Positions 9,500 through 19,210 of a stretch of DNA of 59,151 nucleotides are shown here, in pieces. The position numbers and the translations under genes are program-made. The stretch lies in the NCBI GenBank assembly GCA_016125385.1, contig WGLV01000049.1, forward strand, positions 1 through 59,151, given 5' to 3'. Within the stretch, counting starts at the first letter, position 1. Each line of letters starts with the position of its first letter. Under the pieces are notes generated by a model. That model was given only the letters and a program-made list of their open reading frames with translations. It was not told where the DNA came from and made no database searches. This DNA comes from a bacterium. GTDB lineage: Bacteria; Hinthialibacterota; Hinthialibacteria; Hinthialibacterales; Hinthialibacteraceae.

Positions 9500-10582
9500 T
9501 CAGGACAAGAGAATCTTCTTGCGCATTTCTTCCGGCTCGTGTGAACGCTCGATGCAGTCTTCCGCGGTAATGACGCCTCTTGAGTAGAGGTTATACAGAA
9601 AACTGTCCATGGTCACCATACCCTGCTTACCGCCCGTCTGGATCATGGAGGTAATACGGTTGGTTTTGGCTTCGCGGATCAGGTTGGCGATACCGGAGGT
9701 CATCACCATGAACTCATACGCCGCCACGCGCCCCTTGCCGCTGGCGCGCCCCAGCAGAGCCTGCGAGATCGACGCGATCAGCGTAACCGAAAGCTGCATG
9801 CGGATCTGTTCCTGCTGGTTGGTGGGAAACGCGTCGACGATACGGTTGATGGTGGCCGCGGCGCTGTTGGTGTGAAGCGTGGCGAACACAAGGTGGCCCG
9901 TTTCCGCCGCCGTAATCGCGGCCGACATCGTTTCGGTATCGCGCATTTCACCGACGAGAATAACGTCGGGGTCCTGACGAAGCGCGGCGCGAAGGCCGTC
10001 GGCGAAGGTCGTCAGGTCGATGTGCAGCTCGCGGTGAGTGACGATCGATTTACGGTGCGGGTGAAAATATTCGATGGGGTCTTCAATGGTAATGATATGC
10101 GTATCGCGGTTCCGGTTGATATAGTCGATCATCGTCGCCAGCGTGGTGGTTTTACCCGAACCGGTCGGCCCGACGACGAGAATCAATCCACGCGGGCGGT
10201 GCAGCAGTTCTTTCACCTGCGAAGGAAGCCCCAAGTCTTCAAAGGTCAGAATACGCGAGGGGATGAGCCGCATGACCATCCCGTACTGCCCCATCGTCCT
10301 GAAGATCGAGACGCGGAAGCGCGCCAGATTCTGAAACGAATACCCATAGTCGGCGCTGCCGATTTCGGCGATCGATTCACGGTGCATGTCGGGTGAGATG
10401 CTCGCCATGAGATACTCGGTGTCGTCCGGCGTCAGCGGTTCGTTGCCCAGGTCTTCCAGGCGGCCGTCGATGCGGATGACCGGCGGGCGTCCGACGCGAA
10501 GGTGAAGGTCTGACGCGTCGCGCTCCACCACGATCTTGAGCAGATCGTCCATCTGTATTTTTTTTCTGTCAACGTTGACCAC
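9500..10582 (-). CDS. pilT: Type IV pilus retraction ATPase PilT
   Basis: 'GASDLHL' N-terminal motif, Walker A 'GPTGSGKTTT', PilT length of 360 aa. GTG start with GGAGGA 10 nt upstream. An ATG at 10552 is an alternative start. Confidence 0.85.
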   Translation of the reverse strand: MVNVDRKKIQMDDLLKIVVERDASDLHLRVGRPPVIRIDGRLEDLGNEPLTPDDTEYLMASISPDMHRESIAEIGSADYGYSFQNLARFRVSIFRTMGQYGMVMRLIPSRILTFEDLGLPSQVKELLHRPRGLILVVGPTGSGKTTTLATMIDYINRNRDTHIITIEDPIEYFHPHRKSIVTHRELHIDLTTFADGLRAALRQDPDVILVGEMRDTETMSAAITAAETGHLVFATLHTNSAAATINRIVDAFPTNQQEQIRMQLSVTLIASISQALLGRASGKGRVAAYEFMVMTSGIANLIREAKTNRITSMIQTGGKQGMVTMDSFLYNLYSRGVITAEDCIERSHEPEEMRKKILLS

Positions 10583-10640
10583 GATTGTGGCTCCTCCATT
10601 CTACGGCTGTTGTGCTATTTCAATTCAGATGATGTTTGGT

Positions 10641-12356
10641 TTAATCGTCGCCCGCCGTGATACGGGCCACTTCCACCATCGTGGTATGTCCGCGCAACAC
10701 TTTCTTCCAGCCATCTTCGCGCAATGTGCGCATGCCCTGCTTGCGCGCGACCTTGCGGATCTCATCGGTGCTGGCGTTGTTCATAACGAGATCGCGAATC
10801 TCGTCCGAGTTCTCCAGAATTTCGTGAATCGCGGTACGTCCCTTGTACCCGGTGTAGTTGCAGGTCTCGCAACCCTTTCCACGGTAGAAGGTGTGATTGG
10901 CGTATTCATCCGGATCGAAGCCCATGTCCTTGATCACCATCGGATCGGCCTCATACGGCTGTTTGCATTCTTTGCAGATGGTACGCACGAGACGCTGCGC
11001 GATGATCGCCTGAATCGCCGACGCCACCAAAAAGGGCTTGATGCCCATTTCGACCAGACGCGTATTGGCGCCCGGAGCGTCGTTGGTGTGAAGCGTCGAA
11101 AAAACGAGGTGGCCGGTCATGGCCGCGCTGATCGCGATTTCGCCCGTTTCCAGGTCACGGATTTCACCGACGAGGATGACGTTGGGCGCCTGACGCAGAA
11201 TGGAACGAAGCGCCAGCGAAAAGCTCAGCCCGATGTCGTCGTTCACCTGAACCTGATTGATGCCTTCAATCTGATATTCGACCGGGTTTTCGACGGTGAC
11301 GATTTTGGTATCGACGTTGTTGATGACGTTCAGCGCCGAGTACAGCGTCGTCGTCTTGCCTGAACCGGTCGGCCCGGTCATCAGGATGATGCCGTGCGGA
11401 CGCCGGATCATCTGCTTGAACTTTTCAACGTTGTCTTCCAGAAACCCGATCTGTTCCAGACCGAGCAGAACGCCGGACTGTTCAAGCAGACGGGTAACGA
11501 TGCTCTCGCCGTGCAGAGCGGGCAACGCCGAAACGCGGAAGTCGAAGTGACGGCCCAGAATCACTTTCTGAATACGGCCGTCTTGCGGAACCCGCTTTTC
11601 CGACAGGTCCATACCCGCCATCAGCTTGAGACGGGATAGAATCGGCCCTTGCAGCTTCTTGCTGGGCGACTGGATCTCGTGAAGCACGCCGTCGACGCGG
11701 AACCGGATGATGAACTTGGTTTCAAACGGTTCGAAATGAATATCCGACGCGCGCATGCGGACCGCTTCTTCAAACACGAGGTCGACGAGACGGATGATCG
11801 GACCTTCATCGTCGATCTGGATGTCTTCCTGCAGCATGTCCGAGTAGGTTTTTTTCCCCTTCGCCGAACCGAACTCCTGATCTTCGCTGATCTCGTTCAG
11901 CATGTCTTCAACCATCTGGTTGTCGCCTTTGTAATACCGTTCGATCGACAACCGGATGTCGTCTTCTTTGGAGAGAACCCACTCGATCTTTTTGCCGGGA
12001 AAGCGAAAGCCCAGCGTGTCATGCACGTCGAGGTTAAAGGGGTCCGAGACCGCGATCTTCAGATGTTCGTCGCCAGCTTCCACCACCATCGCGTTAAACC
12101 GGCGGGCCAGTTTTTCCGGCAACAGGTTGACGACCTCGGGACGCAGCCGGTGACGGCGGATCTGGAAGACCTCCATGTTGGCCTGTTTGGCCATGGCTTC
12201 CAGCATGTCTTCGGCGCCCACCTCGACGGTGGCGAAGTCCACGTCCTGCAGACGCTGCCCGCTTTCCGATTCAACCTGGTAGCCGGAAGGCTCTTTCGAT
12301 TCTTCCACCGGGTCTTCCTCGTGCGTGGTAATGGTTTTGTCTTCTTGGTCAGCCAT
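10641..12356 (-). CDS. Second GspE/PilB-family secretion ATPase
   Basis: T2SE N-terminal domain, Walker A 'GPTGSGKTTT', tetracysteine 'CKEC...CETC'. Paralogue of the 7623-9464 ATPase. Confidence 0.85.
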   Translation of the reverse strand: MADQEDKTITTHEEDPVEESKEPSGYQVESESGQRLQDVDFATVEVGAEDMLEAMAKQANMEVFQIRRHRLRPEVVNLLPEKLARRFNAMVVEAGDEHLKIAVSDPFNLDVHDTLGFRFPGKKIEWVLSKEDDIRLSIERYYKGDNQMVEDMLNEISEDQEFGSAKGKKTYSDMLQEDIQIDDEGPIIRLVDLVFEEAVRMRASDIHFEPFETKFIIRFRVDGVLHEIQSPSKKLQGPILSRLKLMAGMDLSEKRVPQDGRIQKVILGRHFDFRVSALPALHGESIVTRLLEQSGVLLGLEQIGFLEDNVEKFKQMIRRPHGIILMTGPTGSGKTTTLYSALNVINNVDTKIVTVENPVEYQIEGINQVQVNDDIGLSFSLALRSILRQAPNVILVGEIRDLETGEIAISAAMTGHLVFSTLHTNDAPGANTRLVEMGIKPFLVASAIQAIIAQRLVRTICKECKQPYEADPMVIKDMGFDPDEYANHTFYRGKGCETCNYTGYKGRTAIHEILENSDEIRDLVMNNASTDEIRKVARKQGMRTLREDGWKKVLRGHTTMVEVARITAGDD

Positions 12357-12605
12357 AATGATTCACCTGATTTGAGTTCAAAACGGTTGCGGGTCGCTCA
12401 GCGCCGAAGCGATTGGGAACAATCCAAACTGGAAACCGCGATGTCAACCCCATTCATTCATATTGAGTCAAGATGGTTTCATCACAACGCGCCGCCCCGG
12501 CGCATGCCGTCAGCGAGCGCGTATGAAAGGCGCGGCCTAGGGCCGCGAAGAAAACCAGCCATTTGTAAGTATATCTTCCAGCCGAAAGCAGCGTCAAGGA
12601 ACAAT

Positions 12606-15224
12606 CTAATTGGTCTCCTGAGCGCGCCAGCTCTGCAGCCGCTGAACCGCGTCCTGCACGTCGGCCTGATTGTAGTCTTGCGCGAGCGAGATACGCAGCA
12701 ATTCCAGCGATTCCTGATACAATCCCCGCTCTCCGTATACGATGCCCAGCGCCCGGTAAGCCGGCGCCAGCGTTGAATCCAGCGAAACCGCGCTTTTCAT
12801 CGCTTCATCCGCTTTGTCGAACCGGCTCAACATCGCCAGCGCGATCCCCTGGTTCAATAACAGATAAGGCCGGTTCGACAGCGTCTTGCGCGCTTCACTG
12901 AAAGCCGTCTCAGCCGCGTTGACCTCGCCCTGTTCCTGGTCGATCAACCCTTCCAGAAACCAGCGGTCCCCTTCTCCGCCCGGCGTGGCCTGCAAGCGGG
13001 CGCGATACGATTTCGCTCCGCTGACGTCTCCCATCAACAGCGCGGTTACGCCCCGGTTGAATAACAGGGTCGGATCGCCGGGCTTCAACTGGAGAGCCTG
13101 ATCGAGAGACTGAGCCGCTGGAGAAGCATCCATCGCGCCATAGTGCGCCGCCGCGAGATTGTTGAGCAGGTCGATCCGCTCGGGCGCGGCCCGATGGGCC
13201 CGGTCGAATAGCTGAGCCGCGTCTGAATAACGCAGACGTTCCATGTACAGATCGCCCAGATTGGCGATGGCGGGCAGGAACAGAGCGTATTGTCCCAGAA
13301 GGGATGTATACGTCGACGTCGCCGCCTCATTTCGGCCTGTACGCTGATACAACAGTGCGAGATTGTACGACGCCTCGGGCATCGATCCCGATTTGGAGGC
13401 CACGTCTTCCAGTTGGGTTACGTCGGCGTCGGTGGGCGAATCCGCGCTGAGAAGCGCGCTGTTGATCTCTTCAAATTCACGCCCGAGGTCGCTCATTTCG
13501 CGGACTTTCAACCAGGTGTCGCGCGCCTGTTGAACGTGGTCCTGCGACCATTGCATCAGCGCGCGCGCGTTCGCGATCTCGACTTTCTGTTCCGGAGTCA
13601 GTGTCGACTCCCGTTTCTCGATCGCTGCATAACGGCGGTCGGCGTCTTCGACTCGCCCCAGCCTGAAGGCGGCGTGCGCCGCGCCGAACTGCGCTCGAAT
13701 CGAATTCGGTTCGGACGCCAGCACGCTTTCAAACGCTTCCAGCGCGCCCTCATACTGAAAAACGCGCAGCAGAATTTCGCCCTTCAGCAGTTTCAGGCTG
13801 GCTTCGCCCTCCGCGTCGGCGGGCTTTCGATCCAGCAGAATCAACGCGCTTTCCGTCTCGCCTGATAGAAACCGCTCCAGCGCCTGCGTGCGCAGCGTGG
13901 CGGACTGATTCGGCCGGTCGGTCGCGAGCAGGCTCACGACGGGCCGCGCGTCGTCTCTCCGGTCATTGGCCAGCAGGCTGAGGGCGTAATTCACCTTCGC
14001 CGGGTAATACGCGTTCTCTCCCTGCGCCGCCGATTCAAAGTATTCCGGCGCGAGAAAACGCTGGGGAGTCTCCAGCGACAGGCAACCCAGGTTGAACAAC
14101 GCCCACGGGTTGTCAGGGTCCTGCTCGACCGCGTTCTGATACGATTCATACGCCCGCTGATTGTCTCCGGAGCGGGTCAACCGGTTGCCCCGTTCGAGCA
14201 GGGCTTCAGGAATAAACGGACGGTCGGCGATGATCCGGCTCAACAATGCGTCGGCTTCGTCCCAGCGTTGCAGCCGGGCGTACACCTCGTACAGTTGCAT
14301 GCCGATATTGGGGTGCGGTTTTTCCTCCCACGCGGCCTTCAACAGATCGATCGCCTGTTTCCATTGTTTTTTGGCGAGCGAAAGTTTGGCGCTGTCGACC
14401 ATGGCGTCGATCTTCATCTCGCCGCCGGCCTTGATGATTTCATCCAGCCGTCCCTGCGCTTCACTGAGCCGCCCCTGGCGGGAAAGCGATTGCGCCAGGT
14501 AATAATTGGTCTCGTCGGCTGAACCGCCCAGGTTGAGCGCGAGTTTAAATTCATCCGACGCCTCCGCGTAGCGGTCGGCCAGCATGTAAACCCGGCCCAG
14601 CATGACGTGCGGCGCCGCCCAGTGCGGGTCGTGACTCACCGCTTTCTTCGCCGCTTCCAGCGCTCCGTCCAGATTATTGTCCATCATACTGAGACGCGCG
14701 TTGACGATGTTCGTCTGGGTCAGATCGGGAGCGTTGGTCAACGCGTCCGAGAGGTGAAACCGCGCGGTGGTGATATCCTGCTTTTTGTATCCTTCGCTCT
14801 GTTCGAGCGCCACGGCGGCCAGACCCGCGTCGGCTTCGCCGTTCTTTCCCAGATTCGCCAGCCGGGTGAATCGCTCCTGCGCGGGCAACAGATCGCCCTC
14901 ATCCAGCATCATCCATCCCGCCAGCGCCACCGCGCGCGGGTCTTCCCGGCCGAATTCGAGATGTGGTTGAATGATTTCCTTCGCTTCATCGAAGCGGCGA
15001 AGCCGGTAATACGCTTCCGCCAGCAGCAGGCGGATATCGACCCCGCCGTGACCGCTCCGAGTCTTGGGAGCGAGATAGTCGATCACGCCTTTGTAATCGC
15101 CCTGTTCGAACAGCGTTTCGGCGTATGACGCCTGCGAACCGTGATAAATCCGCAGCCCGATCACGCCCGTCACGAGAATCCCCGCGATGACGCAGCCCAG
15201 AACGATCCAATGTTTTTGAGTCAT
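12606..15224 (-). CDS. TPR-repeat protein with N-terminal transmembrane anchor
   Basis: 872 aa. N-terminal hydrophobic helix, then many TPR-like A/L/Y-rich repeats. First gene upstream of the three ATPases. Confidence 0.75.
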   Translation of the reverse strand: MTQKHWIVLGCVIAGILVTGVIGLRIYHGSQASYAETLFEQGDYKGVIDYLAPKTRSGHGGVDIRLLLAEAYYRLRRFDEAKEIIQPHLEFGREDPRAVALAGWMMLDEGDLLPAQERFTRLANLGKNGEADAGLAAVALEQSEGYKKQDITTARFHLSDALTNAPDLTQTNIVNARLSMMDNNLDGALEAAKKAVSHDPHWAAPHVMLGRVYMLADRYAEASDEFKLALNLGGSADETNYYLAQSLSRQGRLSEAQGRLDEIIKAGGEMKIDAMVDSAKLSLAKKQWKQAIDLLKAAWEEKPHPNIGMQLYEVYARLQRWDEADALLSRIIADRPFIPEALLERGNRLTRSGDNQRAYESYQNAVEQDPDNPWALFNLGCLSLETPQRFLAPEYFESAAQGENAYYPAKVNYALSLLANDRRDDARPVVSLLATDRPNQSATLRTQALERFLSGETESALILLDRKPADAEGEASLKLLKGEILLRVFQYEGALEAFESVLASEPNSIRAQFGAAHAAFRLGRVEDADRRYAAIEKRESTLTPEQKVEIANARALMQWSQDHVQQARDTWLKVREMSDLGREFEEINSALLSADSPTDADVTQLEDVASKSGSMPEASYNLALLYQRTGRNEAATSTYTSLLGQYALFLPAIANLGDLYMERLRYSDAAQLFDRAHRAAPERIDLLNNLAAAHYGAMDASPAAQSLDQALQLKPGDPTLLFNRGVTALLMGDVSGAKSYRARLQATPGGEGDRWFLEGLIDQEQGEVNAAETAFSEARKTLSNRPYLLLNQGIALAMLSRFDKADEAMKSAVSLDSTLAPAYRALGIVYGERGLYQESLELLRISLAQDYNQADVQDAVQRLQSWRAQETN

Positions 15225-15333
15225 ACCCGCTCTCGCTCTCTTTCGGCGGCGTATTGCGTTTTTACGATCAAATAAATTCGGTGCGATTCCACTTTATAAA
15301 GTATCTCAAATCACTTGGCTTGTCTAACGCCGA

Positions 15334-17613
15334 TCATTCCCCGCCGTCACCCGGTCCAGCCGGCTCGTTCAAACCTGCCGGGCGAACCCGCAACACGGCG
15401 ATCCCTTCGGTGGGATCGGATGGTTTTTCATCATACCTGAATACTTCCTGCAATACGCCGCCGTTCAACAACTGGTCGAGAATCGCCACGTTGGGCGACG
15501 CCGCTTCCGCCGCCGCGACCTTGCCGGCGAACCGCTGCATCCAGTACTGATAATCGTATGGATAATACACTCGTGCGGTTTCTTTCGAAGTCAGTTCCTT
15601 GATAAGGGGTAATCCTCGATCTTGCGGCAGCCGGAACAACTGATAGAAGTTGTAATACTGCCGTATGTTACCGTAGTTATACACAACGTATTCAATGCCT
15701 TCGTCGCGCAGCCGTTGCGCCAGATCGTCAACGCTTTTCGCCTGCCACGACCACATGATCAGAACGTCGGTATTAAACCAGTCTGACCAGACGTACTCGT
15801 TATGACAATAAAACGGTTCCTGCACGCCATGCAGCAGAACTTTTGTCTCTGGCGTCGTGTTCTGATCGAGATACTTGAAAGCCTGGTTCTGGTGGCGCGT
15901 CTCATCGCTGATTTCCGTCAGGTATTCTTCCTGCGTCACCCGTCCGCTGATGACCCACCACGGCATGTATGTACCTGGAATCAGAGTCAGCCCGAACGTT
16001 AACAACAGATTGTGCAGCACCGCGGCGAAGACGATCCAGCGGAAGTCGCGCGTCCCCGCCACCCAGTCTGAAATAACCCGGCCCAACACCGGCGCCAGCG
16101 AGACGAAGCACGGCAGCAGAAAGCGGATATCCCGATAGGTATAAGCCCAGAAGAAAAACAGAAACGCCCCCATCCACCCGCACAACGCCGAGGGACGGGG
16201 CAAGCGCCGTTGAAACATCAACAGGATAACGCCGCTCAACCACAAGATTCCCGTCGGCAGCTGCCCGAAATCCTCCGGCGCGCGCACACCCGAAAACACG
16301 GTCATGCGAAACGGCAGGGTGATGAAATCAACCGCCTGCCGCCAGAGCGGCGCCTGCTTGACCGCGATCAAATCGCCTTTCATCCCCGCGTGATAAGAAA
16401 AGAAAGCCGCATTGAACTCCGACCAGCCCGGCGTGGGGAACAGCGACGAGCCGAACGGCTGCACCGGGTTTCCGAACAGCAACGCATTTTTGATGAACCA
16501 CGGGGAGGCGATCGCCACCGCCAGCGTCATCGCCCCCGATGCGATCGTTACGCGTCTCAACCATCCGGCCCCGTCTTTCCCCGTGGGCCAGACGACGGCC
16601 CACCACAAAAAGCCCAGCGTCGCCAGAGCGGTGTATTTGCATCCGAGCAGAAAGCCGCAAAAGACTCCCAGCAGAACGGTCTCGCGCCAGACGCCGCCAT
16701 CCTTCGATTCCCGCAACCGGTCGCGTAACGCGATACAACCGACCAGCGCGGCCAATGTGTATGCGGCCAGCCCGAATTCAATGAACGACCACCCCGCGAA
16801 GATCGGAACAAACGGCGTCGCGGCCACCAGCAGCGCCGCCATCCAGCCCGCGTTCGGACCTCCCAGGCGCCGCCCCAGCCGCGAAACCAGGCTGAGCGTG
16901 ATAAAAAAAGCCGCCGCGTGAATCAGCTTGGGGCCTGAAATCACTCCAAGGCTCAGCGGAACCAGATAAAGGTATTCCATAAAAAAAGGAAAATTAGAGA
17001 ACGAAAGGTGTGGCAATACCTCAAATCCCCCATGCCTCAGGTACAACGCGGGAGCGGTCAGGTGATAGCGCAATCCATCCGACTGGGTGGGCGGCATCAA
17101 GGCCGAAGCGAGCGCGATCCATCCCGCGAATACCAGCGCCGCCGTCATCCAGCGGCGTTCATTCGCCTCCATGAGCCACGTTTTGACGCTTTCCTTGAAA
17201 GTACCAAAAAAATTCCATAAACCGAACAATGAAGCCGCTGACAGAACGGCGTACAGACCATAAAGCGGAATCGGAGTCAATAAATCGAGATAAATGAGAG
17301 GCATAAGGGAATAAACAATGGCTCCCCACCCCAACAGAAAAGACATGGGAACAGCAAAATCCCATTCAGATTGGAAGATGACGCGCCTTCCAATCAGCCC
17401 TCCAAGACCTAAACTTAAGAACATAAACCATGTAATAAACAGTAGCGAATAAAAATTCTCCGAAATCACAAACGGATTAAAAGTATAAAAAAAACTACCA
17501 AAGTTATAAATAATTGCATCGAATCGTATCGTATTATATAATAGATAGCAAAACGCCAGAACAACAAGCAAGACCCGGATCAAGACATTGTTTTTCACGG
17601 AGGGACAGTTCAT
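15334..17613 (-). CDS. Large polytopic membrane protein, GT-C-fold (ArnT/PMT-like) glycosyltransferase candidate
   Basis: 759 aa with more than 12 hydrophobic helices. 'SDGLRYH' resembles the D-x-x-RY loop motif of the ArnT/PMT family. The 5' 330 nt are unusually AT-rich. The function call is tentative. Confidence 0.5.
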   Translation of the reverse strand: MNCPSVKNNVLIRVLLVVLAFCYLLYNTIRFDAIIYNFGSFFYTFNPFVISENFYSLLFITWFMFLSLGLGGLIGRRVIFQSEWDFAVPMSFLLGWGAIVYSLMPLIYLDLLTPIPLYGLYAVLSAASLFGLWNFFGTFKESVKTWLMEANERRWMTAALVFAGWIALASALMPPTQSDGLRYHLTAPALYLRHGGFEVLPHLSFSNFPFFMEYLYLVPLSLGVISGPKLIHAAAFFITLSLVSRLGRRLGGPNAGWMAALLVAATPFVPIFAGWSFIEFGLAAYTLAALVGCIALRDRLRESKDGGVWRETVLLGVFCGFLLGCKYTALATLGFLWWAVVWPTGKDGAGWLRRVTIASGAMTLAVAIASPWFIKNALLFGNPVQPFGSSLFPTPGWSEFNAAFFSYHAGMKGDLIAVKQAPLWRQAVDFITLPFRMTVFSGVRAPEDFGQLPTGILWLSGVILLMFQRRLPRPSALCGWMGAFLFFFWAYTYRDIRFLLPCFVSLAPVLGRVISDWVAGTRDFRWIVFAAVLHNLLLTFGLTLIPGTYMPWWVISGRVTQEEYLTEISDETRHQNQAFKYLDQNTTPETKVLLHGVQEPFYCHNEYVWSDWFNTDVLIMWSWQAKSVDDLAQRLRDEGIEYVVYNYGNIRQYYNFYQLFRLPQDRGLPLIKELTSKETARVYYPYDYQYWMQRFAGKVAAAEAASPNVAILDQLLNGGVLQEVFRYDEKPSDPTEGIAVLRVRPAGLNEPAGPGDGGE

Positions 17614-17802
17614 ACCGGCTCGAATCGATTCGCTGAATTGGTGACGTCAAACAGGCGATACCCTGAACGCCCCTTTAAAGTAGCAATACCCGATTGGAGT
17701 GAAAAGGATATCATTCAATCCGGCATGAGATAAGCGATCCCCCGGCTTGCGATCCAGAGGCTTTCAGCCCGCGGGCCCCCGGATTCAGACAGGCGGTCTG
17801 AT

Positions 17803-19050
17803 ATGCAATTTATGATGATGATGCTGTTGATGTTGATGATTACCGTCGCGGCTGTTTTCGGCTTCGATTATATCCTGCATGGGCATGTCATGACCCCGAA
17901 TGAACCGATTGCGTTGCTATTATTCATCGTGGTCGCCGCTTTCGCCATTGCGGGAATGATGGGGCTGACCCGTTTGCTTCATTCCACCTCCGATCTCACG
18001 CTGTTCGTCATCAACCTCACTCAGAAACAATACGCCGCGCATTCCAGCCGAAAGATTTCCATGCTGCTTCAACCGCTCGACGCCGCGTTGAGGCAGCTCG
18101 CCCGCATCATGGAGTCGGAAGAGAAAGAAAGGCGCGTCATGATGGACAACTCAATGGCGGAAACCGCCCGCTTACGGGAAGAACTGAATCACCGCAACCA
18201 TCAACTCGAAGATGAAAACCGCCGCCTCAGCGCGATTTCACGCGAACTGGGCGAGGCGTATTCACGCCTGAACAAAGAGCTGAACCAGCTCGCCGACATT
18301 CAGAAGAGCCTGTTGCCCCCGCGCCGCGCCGAACACGGCCCCGCGCTGTTACGCGCGCTATACCTGCCCAACGGGCGCACGGGAGGCGATTATTACGACT
18401 TCATCGCCGCGCCCAATGGCGATCTGTTCATCGCCATCGCCGACGTTTCGGGTCACGGCAGCCCCGCCGCGTTCATCATGGGCGTTACCCGCGCCCTGCT
18501 TCACAGCGAAATTGAACACCACCGCTCTCCGTCAGAGATTCTGGCGTCGCTCAACCGGATCCTGATGAACTCCATTCGCGCCAATGAATTCGTCACCATG
18601 TTTCTGGGCCGGTTACTGCCGGGCAGCCTGACATTCACCTTTTCAAACGCGGGCCATCTCCCGCCGGTGCTGTTGCCAAACCAGTCAGGTTCACTCGTCA
18701 CGCTGGAAGAAAGCCGAGGCGTCCCGTTGGGCGTACTCAACCATCCCGATTATACCGAAACCTCGATAGAACTGTCTCCAGGCGACCGGGTCGCGCTCTT
18801 TACGGATGGCGTAGTGGAAGCGTTTAACAAAGAGCGGCGCCCCTATGGAGAAGAACGCCTGTACGGCGTATTGACCGAAAACCGCCAGAGATCGATTGAG
18901 GATCTCATCGACGCCGTGGCCCATGACGTCGAGATGTTCACCAGCCGCCCGCTCGACGTGGAACCCATGGACGATGACATGACCCTCGCCGTTTTCGAAA
19001 TCGAAGATGGTCGAACCAATGATGAGTTTGATGAAAACTCTGAAGGCTGA
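17803..19050 (+). CDS. PP2C-family (SpoIIE/RsbU-like) serine phosphatase with membrane N-terminus and coiled coil
   Basis: 'GGDYYDF', 'DVSGHG', 'LFTDGVVE' PP2C/SpoIIE motifs. Two N-terminal transmembrane helices. Start ambiguous because of a Met-rich N-terminus. Confidence 0.8.
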   Translation: MQFMMMMLLMLMITVAAVFGFDYILHGHVMTPNEPIALLLFIVVAAFAIAGMMGLTRLLHSTSDLTLFVINLTQKQYAAHSSRKISMLLQPLDAALRQLARIMESEEKERRVMMDNSMAETARLREELNHRNHQLEDENRRLSAISRELGEAYSRLNKELNQLADIQKSLLPPRRAEHGPALLRALYLPNGRTGGDYYDFIAAPNGDLFIAIADVSGHGSPAAFIMGVTRALLHSEIEHHRSPSEILASLNRILMNSIRANEFVTMFLGRLLPGSLTFTFSNAGHLPPVLLPNQSGSLVTLEESRGVPLGVLNHPDYTETSIELSPGDRVALFTDGVVEAFNKERRPYGEERLYGVLTENRQRSIEDLIDAVAHDVEMFTSRPLDVEPMDDDMTLAVFEIEDGRTNDEFDENSEG

Positions 19051-19086
19051 CGGCTTGTTTTCCCCCGCGCTAAACTGGATTTGAAT

Positions 19087-19115
19087 AACGCCGTCCCAAA
19101 ACGCGGCGTTGTTTT
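19087..19115 (+). terminator. Rho-independent terminator
   Basis: AACGCCG...CGGCGTT hairpin, then GTTTT. Confidence 0.45.
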
Positions 19116-19210
19116 AGACGCGCTCCATCGTATACACTATCGTTATAACGTACATGGCCGGGCCGCCCCCCGGCTGGTGCGTCACCGCAATCGCCGTAAG
19201 GATACCCGTT

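Noticed and set aside
12357-12605. A small pilin gene in the 250-nt gap between the TPR gene and the second GspE gene
   Set aside because: No ORF with a class-III signal peptide (G/FTLIE) is present on either strand. The gap contains only a TTGACA-like hexamer and a Shine-Dalgarno for the ATPase, consistent with an internal promoter.
17803-17850. Met-rich N-terminus (MQFMMMMLLMLM) of the PP2C gene as a separate leader peptide
   Set aside because: It is in frame and continuous with a hydrophobic TM helix. It more likely reflects several candidate ATG starts within the first TM segment than a distinct peptide.
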